Assembly: GCA_903854235.1 (NCBI GenBank)
Contig: CAINVV010000227.1
Span: 4,065 to 68,064, forward strand
DNA: 64,000 bases
DNA from: an uncultured Bacteroidia bacterium
GTDB taxonomy: Bacteria; Bacteroidota; Bacteroidia; Bacteroidales; Prolixibacteraceae
Reading direction: 5' to 3'
The notes under the pieces were generated by a model that saw nothing but the letters and a program-made list of their open reading frames with translations, made no database searches and was not told the origin of the DNA. The position numbers were made by a program, and so were the translations under genes. This document shows, piece after piece, positions 9,560 to 18,791 of this stretch (positions are counted from its first letter, which is position 1; each line of letters opens with the position of its first letter).

Positions 9560-11056
9560 TTAATCCTTTATCGCGGATTCCCTGATTGCCTTGCTTAAAT
9601 CCTCATCCGGTTTGATGACGTTGTAATTTCCCCAGAAGGTCTTGTCGTAGGGTCCTATCTTTTCCGAAAAAATATCTTTTTCGTGGAAGATCCCATCTGG
9701 TCCAAACCTTGCCTTTTTGGGAAAAGGAAATTGTTGGGTGACCAATACGTCAGTCACGTTGCGGTATTCAGTCTTGAATTTTCGCTTTTGCTTCACCCTA
9801 AATACAATGTCGCTATGGGCGGCATAGAATTGCCACTTCTCGTTGAGCAGCCGGTAGTGGACCGCGTATTCAACCGTCTCTGGTCTGGTGTCAAATCCAA
9901 AGGGTTCTTTTTGAATGAAGCTCTGCCCATTTATTTTCAGGCTTTTTTTATCGTACGAATATTCCGCACCCACCAGGGCATAACTGTCGGCATCAATCCA
10001 GATTCTTCCGTTGAAACAGGGAAAGTCGGTTTCAGCCAAACGATCAAATCGAATGATCCAGGTGATTCTCCCGTTGATTATTTCTGGCTGCTCAAAACGA
10101 TACTTGTATAAATATTGGTATTCGGGATCAAGGAAGGTCTCCGGATTTTTTACGACATCCAGCGAATTGATTCCCAGGGGTCCCCCCTGGACCTTCAGGA
10201 AAATTTCTTTCGGCTTTCGGTTAAGATCTGCTTTCCTCCCTTTGATGAAACGAACGCGTTCTGCATAGTTTTCGTTGTAAGGAGGTTTAAGAATTTCCAT
10301 AACAGCCTCCCAGACGCCAACATAATTTCCGTCCTGTCGGGCTGTTTCTCTGTAAAAAGTAACCATCAATTGGGGATCGATGGTATAGTTTTTCTCGATG
10401 TTCTCCCGGTATTCCCTCAAAATAGCCAATGGGTCAGCAGGTTTAACTAGAATTTCACGCAGGCTGAATGACTCACTCTCCAGCCTGATCAGCAGATTAT
10501 TTTCTATTTCTTTCTGGGAAATTATTTTCTGCTTGTATCCCAATGAGCCGACTACTATATTCCCATGACGAAAATTGGCTGGAATGGTAAGATCAAAATA
10601 GCCTTCCCGGTTGGACATAGTGCCAATATAGGTCTCCTCTATCGTTACAGAAGCGTAGGGGACAGGTGTTTTTCCGTCTTTTTCGACAACCCTGCCAGAA
10701 AATTTAAATGGTTTAGGTTCTACTCTGGTAATAATCAGTTGACGATCAATGAGGCTTACCTTGTAGAGTGAATCAGGAAGAAGGTCGGCAAGAACCTTAC
10801 CCAAGGAAAGATCTATTACGGAGAAATTTCTTTTCCCGGGAGGCAATAAATCGGGATTATAAGAGAAAAAGAGTTCGTTATCGGCAACCAATTTTTCGAG
10901 AAAAGATTCAACGGTGGTGGAATCCATCTGTATGGAAATATGCCTTTTCAAAGGCTCCGGATTATCCTGGGCCAACGATCGTGCCAGAGGAGTGATCAGC
11001 AGGATCAAGAACAAAATCTTTGATCTTAGTCGCATGAATCTCTTTATTTGAGACAA
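9560..11056 (-). CDS. exported STN + carboxypeptidase-regulatory-like domain protein with an unknown ~300 aa C-terminal domain (no TonB plug or barrel)
   Basis: Signal peptide, then an STN-like segment 'ISIQMDSTTVESFLEKLVADNELFFSYNPDLL...LIITRV', then 'FSGRVVEKDGKTPVPYASVTIEETYIGTMSNREGYFDL' (CarboxypepD_reg). At 498 aa it is too short for a TonB-dependent barrel. Confidence 0.7.
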   Translation of the reverse strand: MSQIKRFMRLRSKILFLILLITPLARSLAQDNPEPLKRHISIQMDSTTVESFLEKLVADNELFFSYNPDLLPPGKRNFSVIDLSLGKVLADLLPDSLYKVSLIDRQLIITRVEPKPFKFSGRVVEKDGKTPVPYASVTIEETYIGTMSNREGYFDLTIPANFRHGNIVVGSLGYKQKIISQKEIENNLLIRLESESFSLREILVKPADPLAILREYRENIEKNYTIDPQLMVTFYRETARQDGNYVGVWEAVMEILKPPYNENYAERVRFIKGRKADLNRKPKEIFLKVQGGPLGINSLDVVKNPETFLDPEYQYLYKYRFEQPEIINGRITWIIRFDRLAETDFPCFNGRIWIDADSYALVGAEYSYDKKSLKINGQSFIQKEPFGFDTRPETVEYAVHYRLLNEKWQFYAAHSDIVFRVKQKRKFKTEYRNVTDVLVTQQFPFPKKARFGPDGIFHEKDIFSEKIGPYDKTFWGNYNVIKPDEDLSKAIRESAIKD

Positions 11057-11075
11057 TGGTTGTCACGTTTGACTG

Positions 11076-12071
11076 CTATTTTACCACAAAGACATAACCA
11101 TCGGCATTTTTAACAACGGATAGATGGTGGGTTCTGGCAATTACGTTGACAATATCACCCAGTTGAAACTTGTCAAAGTTGGCAGTATAAGGGATATTCG
11201 CGATTTTTGGATCAGCGTAGGCTACTTTTACGTGGTAAATGTTTTCGAGTTGTTCAAATACACTGGAGAGCGGTGTATGATGAAAAGAGAGCTCTTTTGT
11301 GATCCAGGAAAGATAATTGATGCTGAGTTTGTTGGCGACTTCAATTGTCCCACTTTTCCTCACATATTTTCCACTTGAACCTGCATAAAGGACAGCTGCT
11401 TCATTTTTAGTGGTATTGGTCAACCTGACGCTACCTGAAGCTACATTTACCTCCACCTTTTCATGGCCGGGATATGCAGAAATATTGAAGGAAGTGCCCA
11501 AATCCTCGATCTGTACATTATTTAAATCCACGATGAAAGGATGGGCAGATTCGTGCCTGACTTCAAAGAATGCTTCCCCAACCAACTTTACTCTCCTGTC
11601 AGAGGCTACAAATTTTTCGGGGTATTGAAGGGTCGAATTGGCATTTAACTTCACGGTAGTCCCATCAGGAAGTACAACAATGGAAGGTTCCGTCGGATTT
11701 GGTCCGGTCTGAATGACTTTCATTTTTGGCAGAGAAACAGTCTCTTGCAATGAGTGGTTATCCTGGCGTGTTGTGAGCAGGTAAGTTAAGGAGGCCAAGG
11801 CCACTAGCGCGATAAAAATGGCAGCATAACGCAAGAAAGCAAATTTTCTTGCAGGTACTGCCCTGGCTGCGGGTCCCATCTTTGCACTTAGTTTTGCCCA
11901 AGCCTTGTCCGGATCACTGTTGCGGTAACTGTAGGCAGTTCCGGCAAGTTCCCAGGGTTGATCCAGCTCCCTGAAATTTTTTTTATCGGGAATGATCTGC
12001 CCAGCTTCCGTCGCCGTTTCTCCCGTCAAATAGGAGACAATTTTTTCTTCTATGTCTTCTTCCTTCTTCAT
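11076..12071 (-). CDS. FecR-family anti-sigma factor (transmembrane sensor)
   Basis: Single TM 'FAFLRYAAIFIALVALASLTYLL', a periplasmic FecR-like beta-rich domain, and a C-terminal 'HLSVVKNADGYVFVVK' segment of the kind that contacts STN domains. Follows the ECF sigma gene. Confidence 0.85.
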   Translation of the reverse strand: MKKEEDIEEKIVSYLTGETATEAGQIIPDKKNFRELDQPWELAGTAYSYRNSDPDKAWAKLSAKMGPAARAVPARKFAFLRYAAIFIALVALASLTYLLTTRQDNHSLQETVSLPKMKVIQTGPNPTEPSIVVLPDGTTVKLNANSTLQYPEKFVASDRRVKLVGEAFFEVRHESAHPFIVDLNNVQIEDLGTSFNISAYPGHEKVEVNVASGSVRLTNTTKNEAAVLYAGSSGKYVRKSGTIEVANKLSINYLSWITKELSFHHTPLSSVFEQLENIYHVKVAYADPKIANIPYTANFDKFQLGDIVNVIARTHHLSVVKNADGYVFVVK

Positions 12072-12126
12072 CTATGGTGATTCAATCTTTAATCAATTTT
12101 CAGATAATCAGTAAAATAGCAGCAGT

Positions 12127-12789
12127 TTAACAACAAAAGGTACTTTTCCAGATTTTTTTGTCCTCCTTGAGATCCATACCCTCCCCATCACATTGACACC
12201 TATCCCCGGAAATACCCTTATCTGTGTGCAGGAAAAAAAGTAACAAATGATGGTATTCTTTCAGTGCTTCCCTGAGTTGTTTCAAGGCAAGCGTCATCTG
12301 TGTCTCAACGGTTTTTACTGAAAGATGGAGTTGGTCAGCAATTTCGCGGTATTTTAACCCTTCTTCGCGGGCTAGCCTGAAGATCTCCTGTCTCTTCGCA
12401 GGCAGTGCATTGATGGCCGCCTCTATTTTCTCCAGCAATCCAATCTCGGGATAAAAAGCACTGTAATCTTCCTCATTGTGCTCTTGTTCGAGTTTCATCC
12501 GCAGATATCCGGAGCGTACCTTGGCCTTATCAAGATGGTTCAGGCTGTGATTTTTTACTGATCTGAACAGATAATGTACCAGGGAGGTAGTGATTACCAA
12601 ATTATGACGGTTCAGCCATAATTTTAAAAATACATCCTGAACGATGTTCTCTGCTGTTGGCAAATCCGAAACAAAGCGAAAAGCGTAGGCGGTCAGGGGA
12701 AGATATGACTCCCTGAACACCTGCTCAAATGCCTCTCTATCATCCAGTCGGATGGCCTCAAATATATTTGGCTCCGCTGACAGGCTCAT
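12127..12789 (-). CDS. ECF (sigma-70 family) RNA polymerase sigma factor
   Basis: Region 2 'AYAFRFVSDLPTAENIVQDVFLKLW' and region 4 HTH 'LPAKRQEIFRLAREEGLKYREIADQLHLSVKTVETQM'. It carries an unusual ~40 aa Cys-containing tail. Confidence 0.88.
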   Translation of the reverse strand: MSLSAEPNIFEAIRLDDREAFEQVFRESYLPLTAYAFRFVSDLPTAENIVQDVFLKLWLNRHNLVITTSLVHYLFRSVKNHSLNHLDKAKVRSGYLRMKLEQEHNEEDYSAFYPEIGLLEKIEAAINALPAKRQEIFRLAREEGLKYREIADQLHLSVKTVETQMTLALKQLREALKEYHHLLLFFLHTDKGISGDRCQCDGEGMDLKEDKKIWKSTFCC

Positions 12790-12988
12790 ATTTTGATCTC
12801 CAAACTTTTGCTTTGCAAATTCACCATTGTCAATTCAGTCAGGTTCAATTTTTCAATTTTTTCCCATCACATCCATTGGATGGTCTCCGGAATCGTTTCA
12901 ATCCGGAAATATTTTCTGAATTTACGACAAACAATTTATTTAGGGGGTTGTTTTTTTTAAAATTATTTTCGGGTTTAGATTTTTGGCT

Positions 12989-12996
12989 TATCTTTG
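12989..12996 (+). promoter_or_regulatory. Bacteroidota-type -7 box (TATCTTTG) upstream of tRNA-Leu
   Basis: Matches TAnnTTTG and lies 27 nt upstream of the tRNA 5' end. Confidence 0.4.
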
Positions 12997-13022
12997 CACC
13001 GCACTGAGAAAAGCGAATCAAT

Positions 13023-13106
13023 GCCCGGGTGGCGGAATTGGTAGACGCGCTGGACTCAAAATCCAGTGATAGCAATATCGTGCGGGTTCGATTCCCGCCC
13101 CGGGTA
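13023..13106 (+). tRNA. tRNA-Leu (anticodon CAA)
   Basis: Hand-folded cloverleaf. Acceptor GCCCGGG/CCCGGGT with discriminator A. Anticodon stem CTGGA/TCCAG with loop CTCAAAA. Long variable arm. T-arm GCGGG-TTCGATT-CCCGC. Confidence 0.93.
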
Positions 13107-13124
13107 CAGGTTGCAGACCTAAAA

Positions 13125-13161
13125 TCCCTTGTAATCAATTGATTGCAGGGAATTTTTTTTT
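13125..13161. terminator. bidirectional rho-independent terminator (tRNA-Leu and the convergent TlpA-like gene)
   Basis: Hairpin TCCCTTGTAATC-AATT-GATTGCAGGGA, followed by a T9 run on the + strand and preceded by AAAA. Confidence 0.7.
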
Positions 13162-13176
13162 GTGATAACTGGGTTT

Positions 13177-14700
13177 TTACCGGAATTTGTCCATCCAGGA
13201 TTGTAATTCGGCTGCATCGGCAGGTTTCGCAAGAATTTTTCTTTCCTTGTCCAGAAGGAAAAGGCTGGGTGTAGCATAAATGTTGTACAATTTTGGCGTA
13301 ACACCCTGCCAGCCTTTGAGTTCAGAAGTATTGAGCCAATTCATCAACTGGTTATCTTTTACAAATGTTTTCCAACGGGAAGTATCTGAGTCAACTGAAA
13401 TGGCTACAGTAGTTAGCTTTTCCCTGACCGAATCCGTTAAATTTCTTACCTCAGGCAGCAGTTGGGCGCAATGAGGACACCAGGATGCCCAAAAGACAAG
13501 GAGGATGTAATCACTCTTTATCGAAGAAAGCTTAAGTCCTCCTTTTTCAAGCTCAAAATCAGGTGCGACTGCTCCGATCAGGGTTCCTTTCAGGAGACTG
13601 GCATATTCTCTGGCCCAGGAAAATCGGTCAGCACTCACTGCACCACATTCTCCATCATCGGGTTGGAGATTCGAATCATAAAGCGAAAGGAAAGACTTCT
13701 CCTTGTGTCCCTTTTTGAACTCTTTTAGAAAATAGTTCAGGCAAAAGGAATAGGGACCCTTCTGGCCAAAACCTTTTTGGTCTGTGCTGGATTTTATCTT
13801 GCCAAGAAAGTCTGTTGCCGCCTGTGATAGCAGCAGTTCATCCTGAATGGGCTGTCCCAATGGACCCTTCTTGTTGGTTCTCAAGGCAAGATAAAGTTCC
13901 ATTTTCTCAGGAAGGATGTTGGAATGCAGATAGAAAGTATCTGATGGATCAAAAAAATCAAAGTAATGCCTGGCCAAAATACTGTCTCTTCCTGGATCCG
14001 GCAGTTTCCAATCCGGCAGAACAGGCTGAAAATAGGCCTTTGCGATTTTTGTGCTCATCGTTTCCGGATATGTGGAAATCTGTTGATTGACAAATTCTTG
14101 CATCATTTGAAAGCGCTTGGCATACTCGTTTTCTATCGTTTTGTGAAATGGATCTTCCATCGGGTAAAGGCGCATCATCTGAAGCAAAAAATAGTTGGCA
14201 ATGTTCAGCTCCTGTTGAAGATGTTGGAAGTGTTGCAATTGTCGGTTGATAACAAAATCGTTGAATCCGTTTGCTCTTTCTGCTTGATTTTCTGAATTTT
14301 TCACCACCAAACTGTCAGTGGTGATGTTGGAAAATGGAGTTTCAGAGAAAATGGTGTGAAACTGAACCAATCCATATTGATGTAGAAATAAAAAACTTTG
14401 ATTTCCGCGAAGTTGTATTTTGAAAAGGCCCTTCGGTTTGCTCATTAAAAGCGAGGAAGCAGATATTTGGAATGCAAACTTCCCCTTTTCATCCGTTTTC
14501 ACAGAATCCACAAACAGCAGCGAGTCTGCCTGACATTTGAAAAGCGTCAACGGTCGATTCTCGTAATGTTCGATCGTTCCCTGCACAAATACATTTGGCA
14601 CGGCAGATGGATCCTTCTTTTTAACTTCTGCTCCCAGCAACGAAGAGAGGCAGGTCAGTGCAAGGGGAAAGACCAAAAGAAAATTCTTAGCTCCTTTCAT
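13177..14700 (-). CDS. exported thioredoxin-fold thiol:disulfide oxidoreductase (TlpA/AhpC-TSA-like) with a long N-terminal extension
   Basis: Signal peptide and C-terminal 'LLVFWASWCPHCAQLLPE' (CxxC). The N-terminal ~370 aa are uncharacterised. Confidence 0.75.
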   Translation of the reverse strand: MKGAKNFLLVFPLALTCLSSLLGAEVKKKDPSAVPNVFVQGTIEHYENRPLTLFKCQADSLLFVDSVKTDEKGKFAFQISASSLLMSKPKGLFKIQLRGNQSFLFLHQYGLVQFHTIFSETPFSNITTDSLVVKNSENQAERANGFNDFVINRQLQHFQHLQQELNIANYFLLQMMRLYPMEDPFHKTIENEYAKRFQMMQEFVNQQISTYPETMSTKIAKAYFQPVLPDWKLPDPGRDSILARHYFDFFDPSDTFYLHSNILPEKMELYLALRTNKKGPLGQPIQDELLLSQAATDFLGKIKSSTDQKGFGQKGPYSFCLNYFLKEFKKGHKEKSFLSLYDSNLQPDDGECGAVSADRFSWAREYASLLKGTLIGAVAPDFELEKGGLKLSSIKSDYILLVFWASWCPHCAQLLPEVRNLTDSVREKLTTVAISVDSDTSRWKTFVKDNQLMNWLNTSELKGWQGVTPKLYNIYATPSLFLLDKERKILAKPADAAELQSWMDKFR

Positions 14701-15027
14701 TCGGTCACAATTAGGTTAGGTCATCAGTAAGAAAAGACAGGTCAGTTGTTTCGCTATCTCAAAAGTTGAAAATCCAGCATCCAGCTATACGCTGCAACGA
14801 CCAGTTTCATCCGTTAAGAGTCAAATTTATGAAAAAGAATCCAAGATACAACTGATGGGTTACGCTTTTTCAGTAGGTCAATCACGGGAATCCGGCAAGG
14901 CCTCTTTTCGAAGGATTTTAGATTAAAATAGGTTAGGATATTTCGTGCAAAGCCATTATTTGTTCTTTTTATTGTAAACGGTTAATGCTATATTTACCAA
15001 TGTAAAATCCTCAAAGCTTGAAATAAA

Positions 15028-15606
15028 ATGAAAAAACTTGTCATCTTTTTGATTATTTCTGCAATGATTGCTGCCTGTGGGTCAAAACAACCAAAAACGA
15101 TTTCGACCGGACAGGCAAAGTCTGATTCGGCAAGTACCTCTTTACCCAATGAGCCTGTTATGTGGAAAGTATCCAGTTACGCAAGCAACCTTGGGAACAA
15201 CAGGAATTCAGCCTATGTGACCAATTCCTTTTCGATTTGGGGAACCTTTACCAACAAGGCTAATGACAAGGCTGAGTTGAAGGTGAAATTTGTCGTTGAC
15301 AAAGAGACATTCTGTATCAAACTTTTGGAATTCGGTACGAAAGCAGTCAAGAAAGGGGATGAGAATCAATACAAAATCAGCATCAAATCCAATCATTCTG
15401 AACCAATTGAATTTTCGGCAAAGAATGTATCTGACAGGCTGTTCATTAAGAGTATCGATTCGCAAAAGATCATCGATTGTTTTGCCAAAGGAGGCTTGAT
15501 CTCCTTTTACCTGGTAACGGATTCTAAAACGGATCCTGCCATCTATGCTTTCACCATTGATCATCCTGATGGATTCGACAAGGCGATCAAAAAGCTTTAC
15601 GAGTAA
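15028..15606 (+). CDS. hypothetical lipoprotein
   Basis: Lipobox 'LIISAMIAACGS'. I recognise no family motif. Confidence 0.55.
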   Translation: MKKLVIFLIISAMIAACGSKQPKTISTGQAKSDSASTSLPNEPVMWKVSSYASNLGNNRNSAYVTNSFSIWGTFTNKANDKAELKVKFVVDKETFCIKLLEFGTKAVKKGDENQYKISIKSNHSEPIEFSAKNVSDRLFIKSIDSQKIIDCFAKGGLISFYLVTDSKTDPAIYAFTIDHPDGFDKAIKKLYE

Positions 15607-15908
15607 TCCGTACCAATAGACGACTCTCAACCATTCATTTCATTAACAGATCCTGAGAATAGAAATCTTGGATATTGAAGTCTGTAAATACGGGGAAACA
15701 TCATTTGGCGTAAATAATTCTAACTCACCGGAAAGAAAGTATGGTACTTCACCTAACGAGGTAGGCATAAGAATGTCAAAAAACGATGTCTTAATGAGAT
15801 CGTGCGAGCCTGAAAAAGAGATAAATAACTGTATTCAAGTAGATTAGGCAGTAGTGAGCGTACTTCATTTTTGCTTATTTTGTACAGTGTTCAAAAAATA
15901 GTTGGAAT

Positions 15909-16637
15909 ATGAATATGGATGATATTTTTCAGAAAATTGGAACGTCTCAAACGCTCAGTCAGAAGATTGAGCGGAACATAGAACGGGCAATCCGCGAAAA
16001 AAAATTGCCCATTGGCGCAAAGTTACCTCCAGAACGTGAGCTTTGCGAGATGTTTGCTGTTAGCCGGACTGCTTTGCGAGAAGCGCTCAGGCGACTCAGC
16101 GCCAGGGGTTTGATCGAGATCAAGAAGGGTAGTGGCATGGTGGTCACAAAAATTGACATTAAAGACGCTATTAGTTCTCTAAACCTTTACTACGACTTAA
16201 AATTTGATGATCAGCTAATCAGACAGATCATCGAACTTCGTTTGGCTTTTGAACCGGAAATTGCCAAGATGGCGGCCATCAACAGAACGGACGAAGATCT
16301 TAAAAATCTGGAGGCAAACCTGATTGAATTCGGGAAATGCAATCCAGACAATACCCAGCTGGAATCAGACATCGACAACAAGTTTCACCTTTGCCTGGCA
16401 CGGGCTACCACCAATCCCTTTGTAATTGTCACGATGGAGCCGGTGTATAATTTATTGCCAAGAATGAGGAATTTCATATACGCAAACATTGAAGGGGAGA
16501 AGGAGATTACCCTTGGTTATCACAAGGAAATCGTGAACGCCATCAGGGAAAAGGATGCAGACAGGTCTTACGAGAAAATGCAGGCGCATCTGGATCGCAA
16601 CATGCAGGTTTACAACAAATTCCTTAAACAGTTTTGA
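15909..16637 (+). CDS. GntR-family transcriptional regulator (FadR/FCD subfamily)
   Basis: Winged HTH 'LPPERELCEMFAVSRTALREALRRLSARGLIEIKKGSG' followed by an all-helical FCD-like C-terminal domain. Confidence 0.85.
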   Translation: MNMDDIFQKIGTSQTLSQKIERNIERAIREKKLPIGAKLPPERELCEMFAVSRTALREALRRLSARGLIEIKKGSGMVVTKIDIKDAISSLNLYYDLKFDDQLIRQIIELRLAFEPEIAKMAAINRTDEDLKNLEANLIEFGKCNPDNTQLESDIDNKFHLCLARATTNPFVIVTMEPVYNLLPRMRNFIYANIEGEKEITLGYHKEIVNAIREKDADRSYEKMQAHLDRNMQVYNKFLKQF

Positions 16638-16656
16638 ATTTAGTCCTTGGAAGGGT

Positions 16657-17094
16657 TTAATCCCAGACAAAGCGCCAGTTGCCTTTGGCTTGTTTCTTCC
16701 ATACCGTATGAAAATAGCCCTGTGAGGAGATTGCCTTCCCTGTTGAATCTTTGGAAGTGAAGGTATACTTTCCGTAGGTGTAACCCAGGTCCGCAGAGGC
16801 GGAAACATCCACAAAATCAGGTTCCCATTTTAGGGTTACCCCTTTGTATCTTGGAGAGAGGTAAACGAGCCGTATGGAATCCTTCCCGTGCACCAAATTA
16901 CTCCCACGGTTAATCGTTGCGGCAGAGTCTGCATAGTAACTGAATGCCTCCGATAGTCCTTTCTCTTGAGCCAAGGTTTCAAAAGCCTTTTCGGTCTGAA
17001 CAATTTCCTGTTTGGCGAATTCAACCTGCGATTTGTCTGATGGGGTAGCGCAGGCAGTCAGTGAAAAAAATATCCAGATAAGTTGTTTTGTCAT
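16657..17094 (-). CDS. DUF4440/SnoaL-like (NTF2-fold) lipoprotein
   Basis: ATG 17094 gives 'MTKQLIWIFFSLTACATPS' (lipobox). The C-terminus 'GYFHTVWKKQAKGNWRFVWD' is typical of DUF4440. The upstream extension to 17172 is probably not translated. Confidence 0.65.
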   Translation of the reverse strand: MTKQLIWIFFSLTACATPSDKSQVEFAKQEIVQTEKAFETLAQEKGLSEAFSYYADSAATINRGSNLVHGKDSIRLVYLSPRYKGVTLKWEPDFVDVSASADLGYTYGKYTFTSKDSTGKAISSQGYFHTVWKKQAKGNWRFVWD

Positions 17095-17195
17095 GAGTCC
17101 TCCCTGATATCCAATGTGGAATCCCGATTTGACCGATGCAGGAAGAATTTTACCCGCAGGAATCAGGATCATTCACAAGGACACTTCCTTTTAAT

Positions 17196-17831
17196 TTAGC
17201 ATGTACAGTAGAAATAGATTACAATGTAATGGCAAAAAGCGCCCAACAATACAAAAATATGGAAGATGGCGTGGTTGTACTTTAGTTTTTTTATTTGATA
17301 GAGTAGGGCGCCAAAAGTATAGGCCAATCCGCCTGCAAGCAACCAAAGCAAACCCGGGAATGCCATGCAGCCGACTAATGGTTTGATGGCAATTACGATG
17401 ACCCAACCCATCAGCACATACATCACGGTAGATAATTTGGGGAAACTGCCGATGAAGAAGAATTTTAAGATGATTCCAGTTGCCGCAATCAACCATACCG
17501 CAAGGAGGACTGAAATTCCCCAGAAAGGAGGAAGGTTCAGCAAGCTGATGGGAGTGTAGCTTCCTGCGATGGTCAGATAAATGGCACTATGATCAAATAT
17601 ATTCAGCCTGCCCCTTTTCACCGGATCTTTCGCCGAGTGATAAAGGGTGGAAGCCAGAAACATCGTGGTAAGTCCTATCCCATAAATGAGGAAGGAGATA
17701 AATGCCTTGGTTGAGTGCAATTGATAGGACTTGTAAAACAATGCCACTACGCCAGCAACCGCAAAAACCAAACCAATGCCATGGGTTGCGATATTCCATC
17801 TTTCTTCTGCGACAGTATATTTTTTTTCCAA
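17196..17831 (-). CDS. hemolysin-III/PAQR-family integral membrane protein
   Basis: Seven hydrophobic segments, plus the 'LYHSAKD' and 'HAIFHIFVLLGAFCHY' motifs. Confidence 0.8.
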   Translation of the reverse strand: MEKKYTVAEERWNIATHGIGLVFAVAGVVALFYKSYQLHSTKAFISFLIYGIGLTTMFLASTLYHSAKDPVKRGRLNIFDHSAIYLTIAGSYTPISLLNLPPFWGISVLLAVWLIAATGIILKFFFIGSFPKLSTVMYVLMGWVIVIAIKPLVGCMAFPGLLWLLAGGLAYTFGALLYQIKKLKYNHAIFHIFVLLGAFCHYIVIYFYCTC

Positions 17832-17892
17832 AGTAAGTATTTTTAGTAGACTTGACCTTCAGGTATATTATACGTTACGGACAGGTGCATAG

Positions 17893-18780
17893 TTACTGTC
17901 CGGTATGCAAAGGGTCTGCAGATTCCTTGTAAAACCTGTTTTGCAACTCTTCAATCTTGTTGGAGTGCTTCAGTATTTTAATCAGCTGAACCAATTGTGA
18001 TGCGTCAGATTCGACGATCAGTCTTCCAAGTTCAGGGCTACTTTTTGTGGCGTCACCTGCATAGTGGTTGGGATAATTGGCGTACCACCAAATGCCGGTA
18101 TATTGAAAAGGAATTTCTGCCAGTCGCTCCTGATTTTTTCCTGACTGGGTCCCTGCCCGTTCTGTCTTGACCAAATCTGGCCTGATGAAGCGCATCATCG
18201 ATGTTTCCATCTCATCTGCGTGACCGCCTGTATCTGTCTGGCGAAGCGAGCTAATTTTTTTTGAGGTTTCAGGGCTTTCAGATGGCTGGAAAAATACCAG
18301 TACATAATCTTTTGGGCTGTGAAGTTGTGACATACAGAAAAATTTCAGGAAATCGTTGTTGCCACCATGACCATTTACGATGATAATCTTCTTCATCCCA
18401 TTGCGGGAAAGCTCGTCACAAGTCTCCTGAAGGACTTTCCAGATCAGTTCAGAACTATAAGCGATCGTTCCGGGCTGATGTCTTGCCTCATTGATCTGAC
18501 CCGTGTAATAGGTTGGGAAGACCACACAATACTCTTGCTCGGCAGCTGTTGTGGCAATTTTTCGGCATTCATAGATGTCTGTCCCAAGAGGTAAATGGGG
18601 TCCATGTTTTTCGAGGATGCCAATTGGAAGGAGGCAGACTCCGGAAGATTTTTCGACAGCCTTGATAAAGTCTGGTGCCGTAAGTTCTTCATAGCTGCAA
18701 TTTATTTTGATTTCTCTCAGTGTTTGTCCCATCACACCCCAGGAGCACAACAATAGAAAAACAGCCAACAGATTTTTCAT
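17893..18780 (-). CDS. creatininase-family amidohydrolase with signal peptide
   Basis: 'LPIGILEKHGPHLPLGTD' and 'IIVNGHGGN' motifs. N-terminal 'MKNLLAVFLLLCSWGVMGQ'. Confidence 0.75.
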   Translation of the reverse strand: MKNLLAVFLLLCSWGVMGQTLREIKINCSYEELTAPDFIKAVEKSSGVCLLPIGILEKHGPHLPLGTDIYECRKIATTAAEQEYCVVFPTYYTGQINEARHQPGTIAYSSELIWKVLQETCDELSRNGMKKIIIVNGHGGNNDFLKFFCMSQLHSPKDYVLVFFQPSESPETSKKISSLRQTDTGGHADEMETSMMRFIRPDLVKTERAGTQSGKNQERLAEIPFQYTGIWWYANYPNHYAGDATKSSPELGRLIVESDASQLVQLIKILKHSNKIEELQNRFYKESADPLHTGQ

Positions 18781-18791
18781 GGGGATAAATT

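Noticed and set aside
12127-12250. Cys-rich ~40-aa C-terminal tail of the ECF sigma factor ('...GDRCQCDGEGMDLKEDKKIWKSTFCC') as a redox or zinc-sensing extension.
   Set aside because: It could simply be read-through past the usual end of region 4 into spacer DNA. It has no recognisable motif and I cannot assess conservation here. It is mentioned under the ECF finding but not promoted separately.
13023-13106. tRNA-Leu as a possible genomic-island integration site.
   Set aside because: There is no integrase, excisionase or transposase gene, and no direct repeat of the tRNA 3' end is visible in the flanking 10 kb. Neighbouring genes look like ordinary chromosomal genes.
12845-13138. 97-aa minus-strand ORF, and the 92-aa plus-strand ORF at 12729-13007, in the sigma/tRNA spacer.
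   Set aside because: One overlaps the tRNA-Leu gene and the other overlaps the sigma start and the promoter region. The sequences have no protein-like features.
17196-17831. 'Hemolysin III' read as a toxin or virulence gene.
   Set aside because: PAQR/Hly-III family proteins are widespread housekeeping membrane proteins, and nothing in the context suggests a toxin system.
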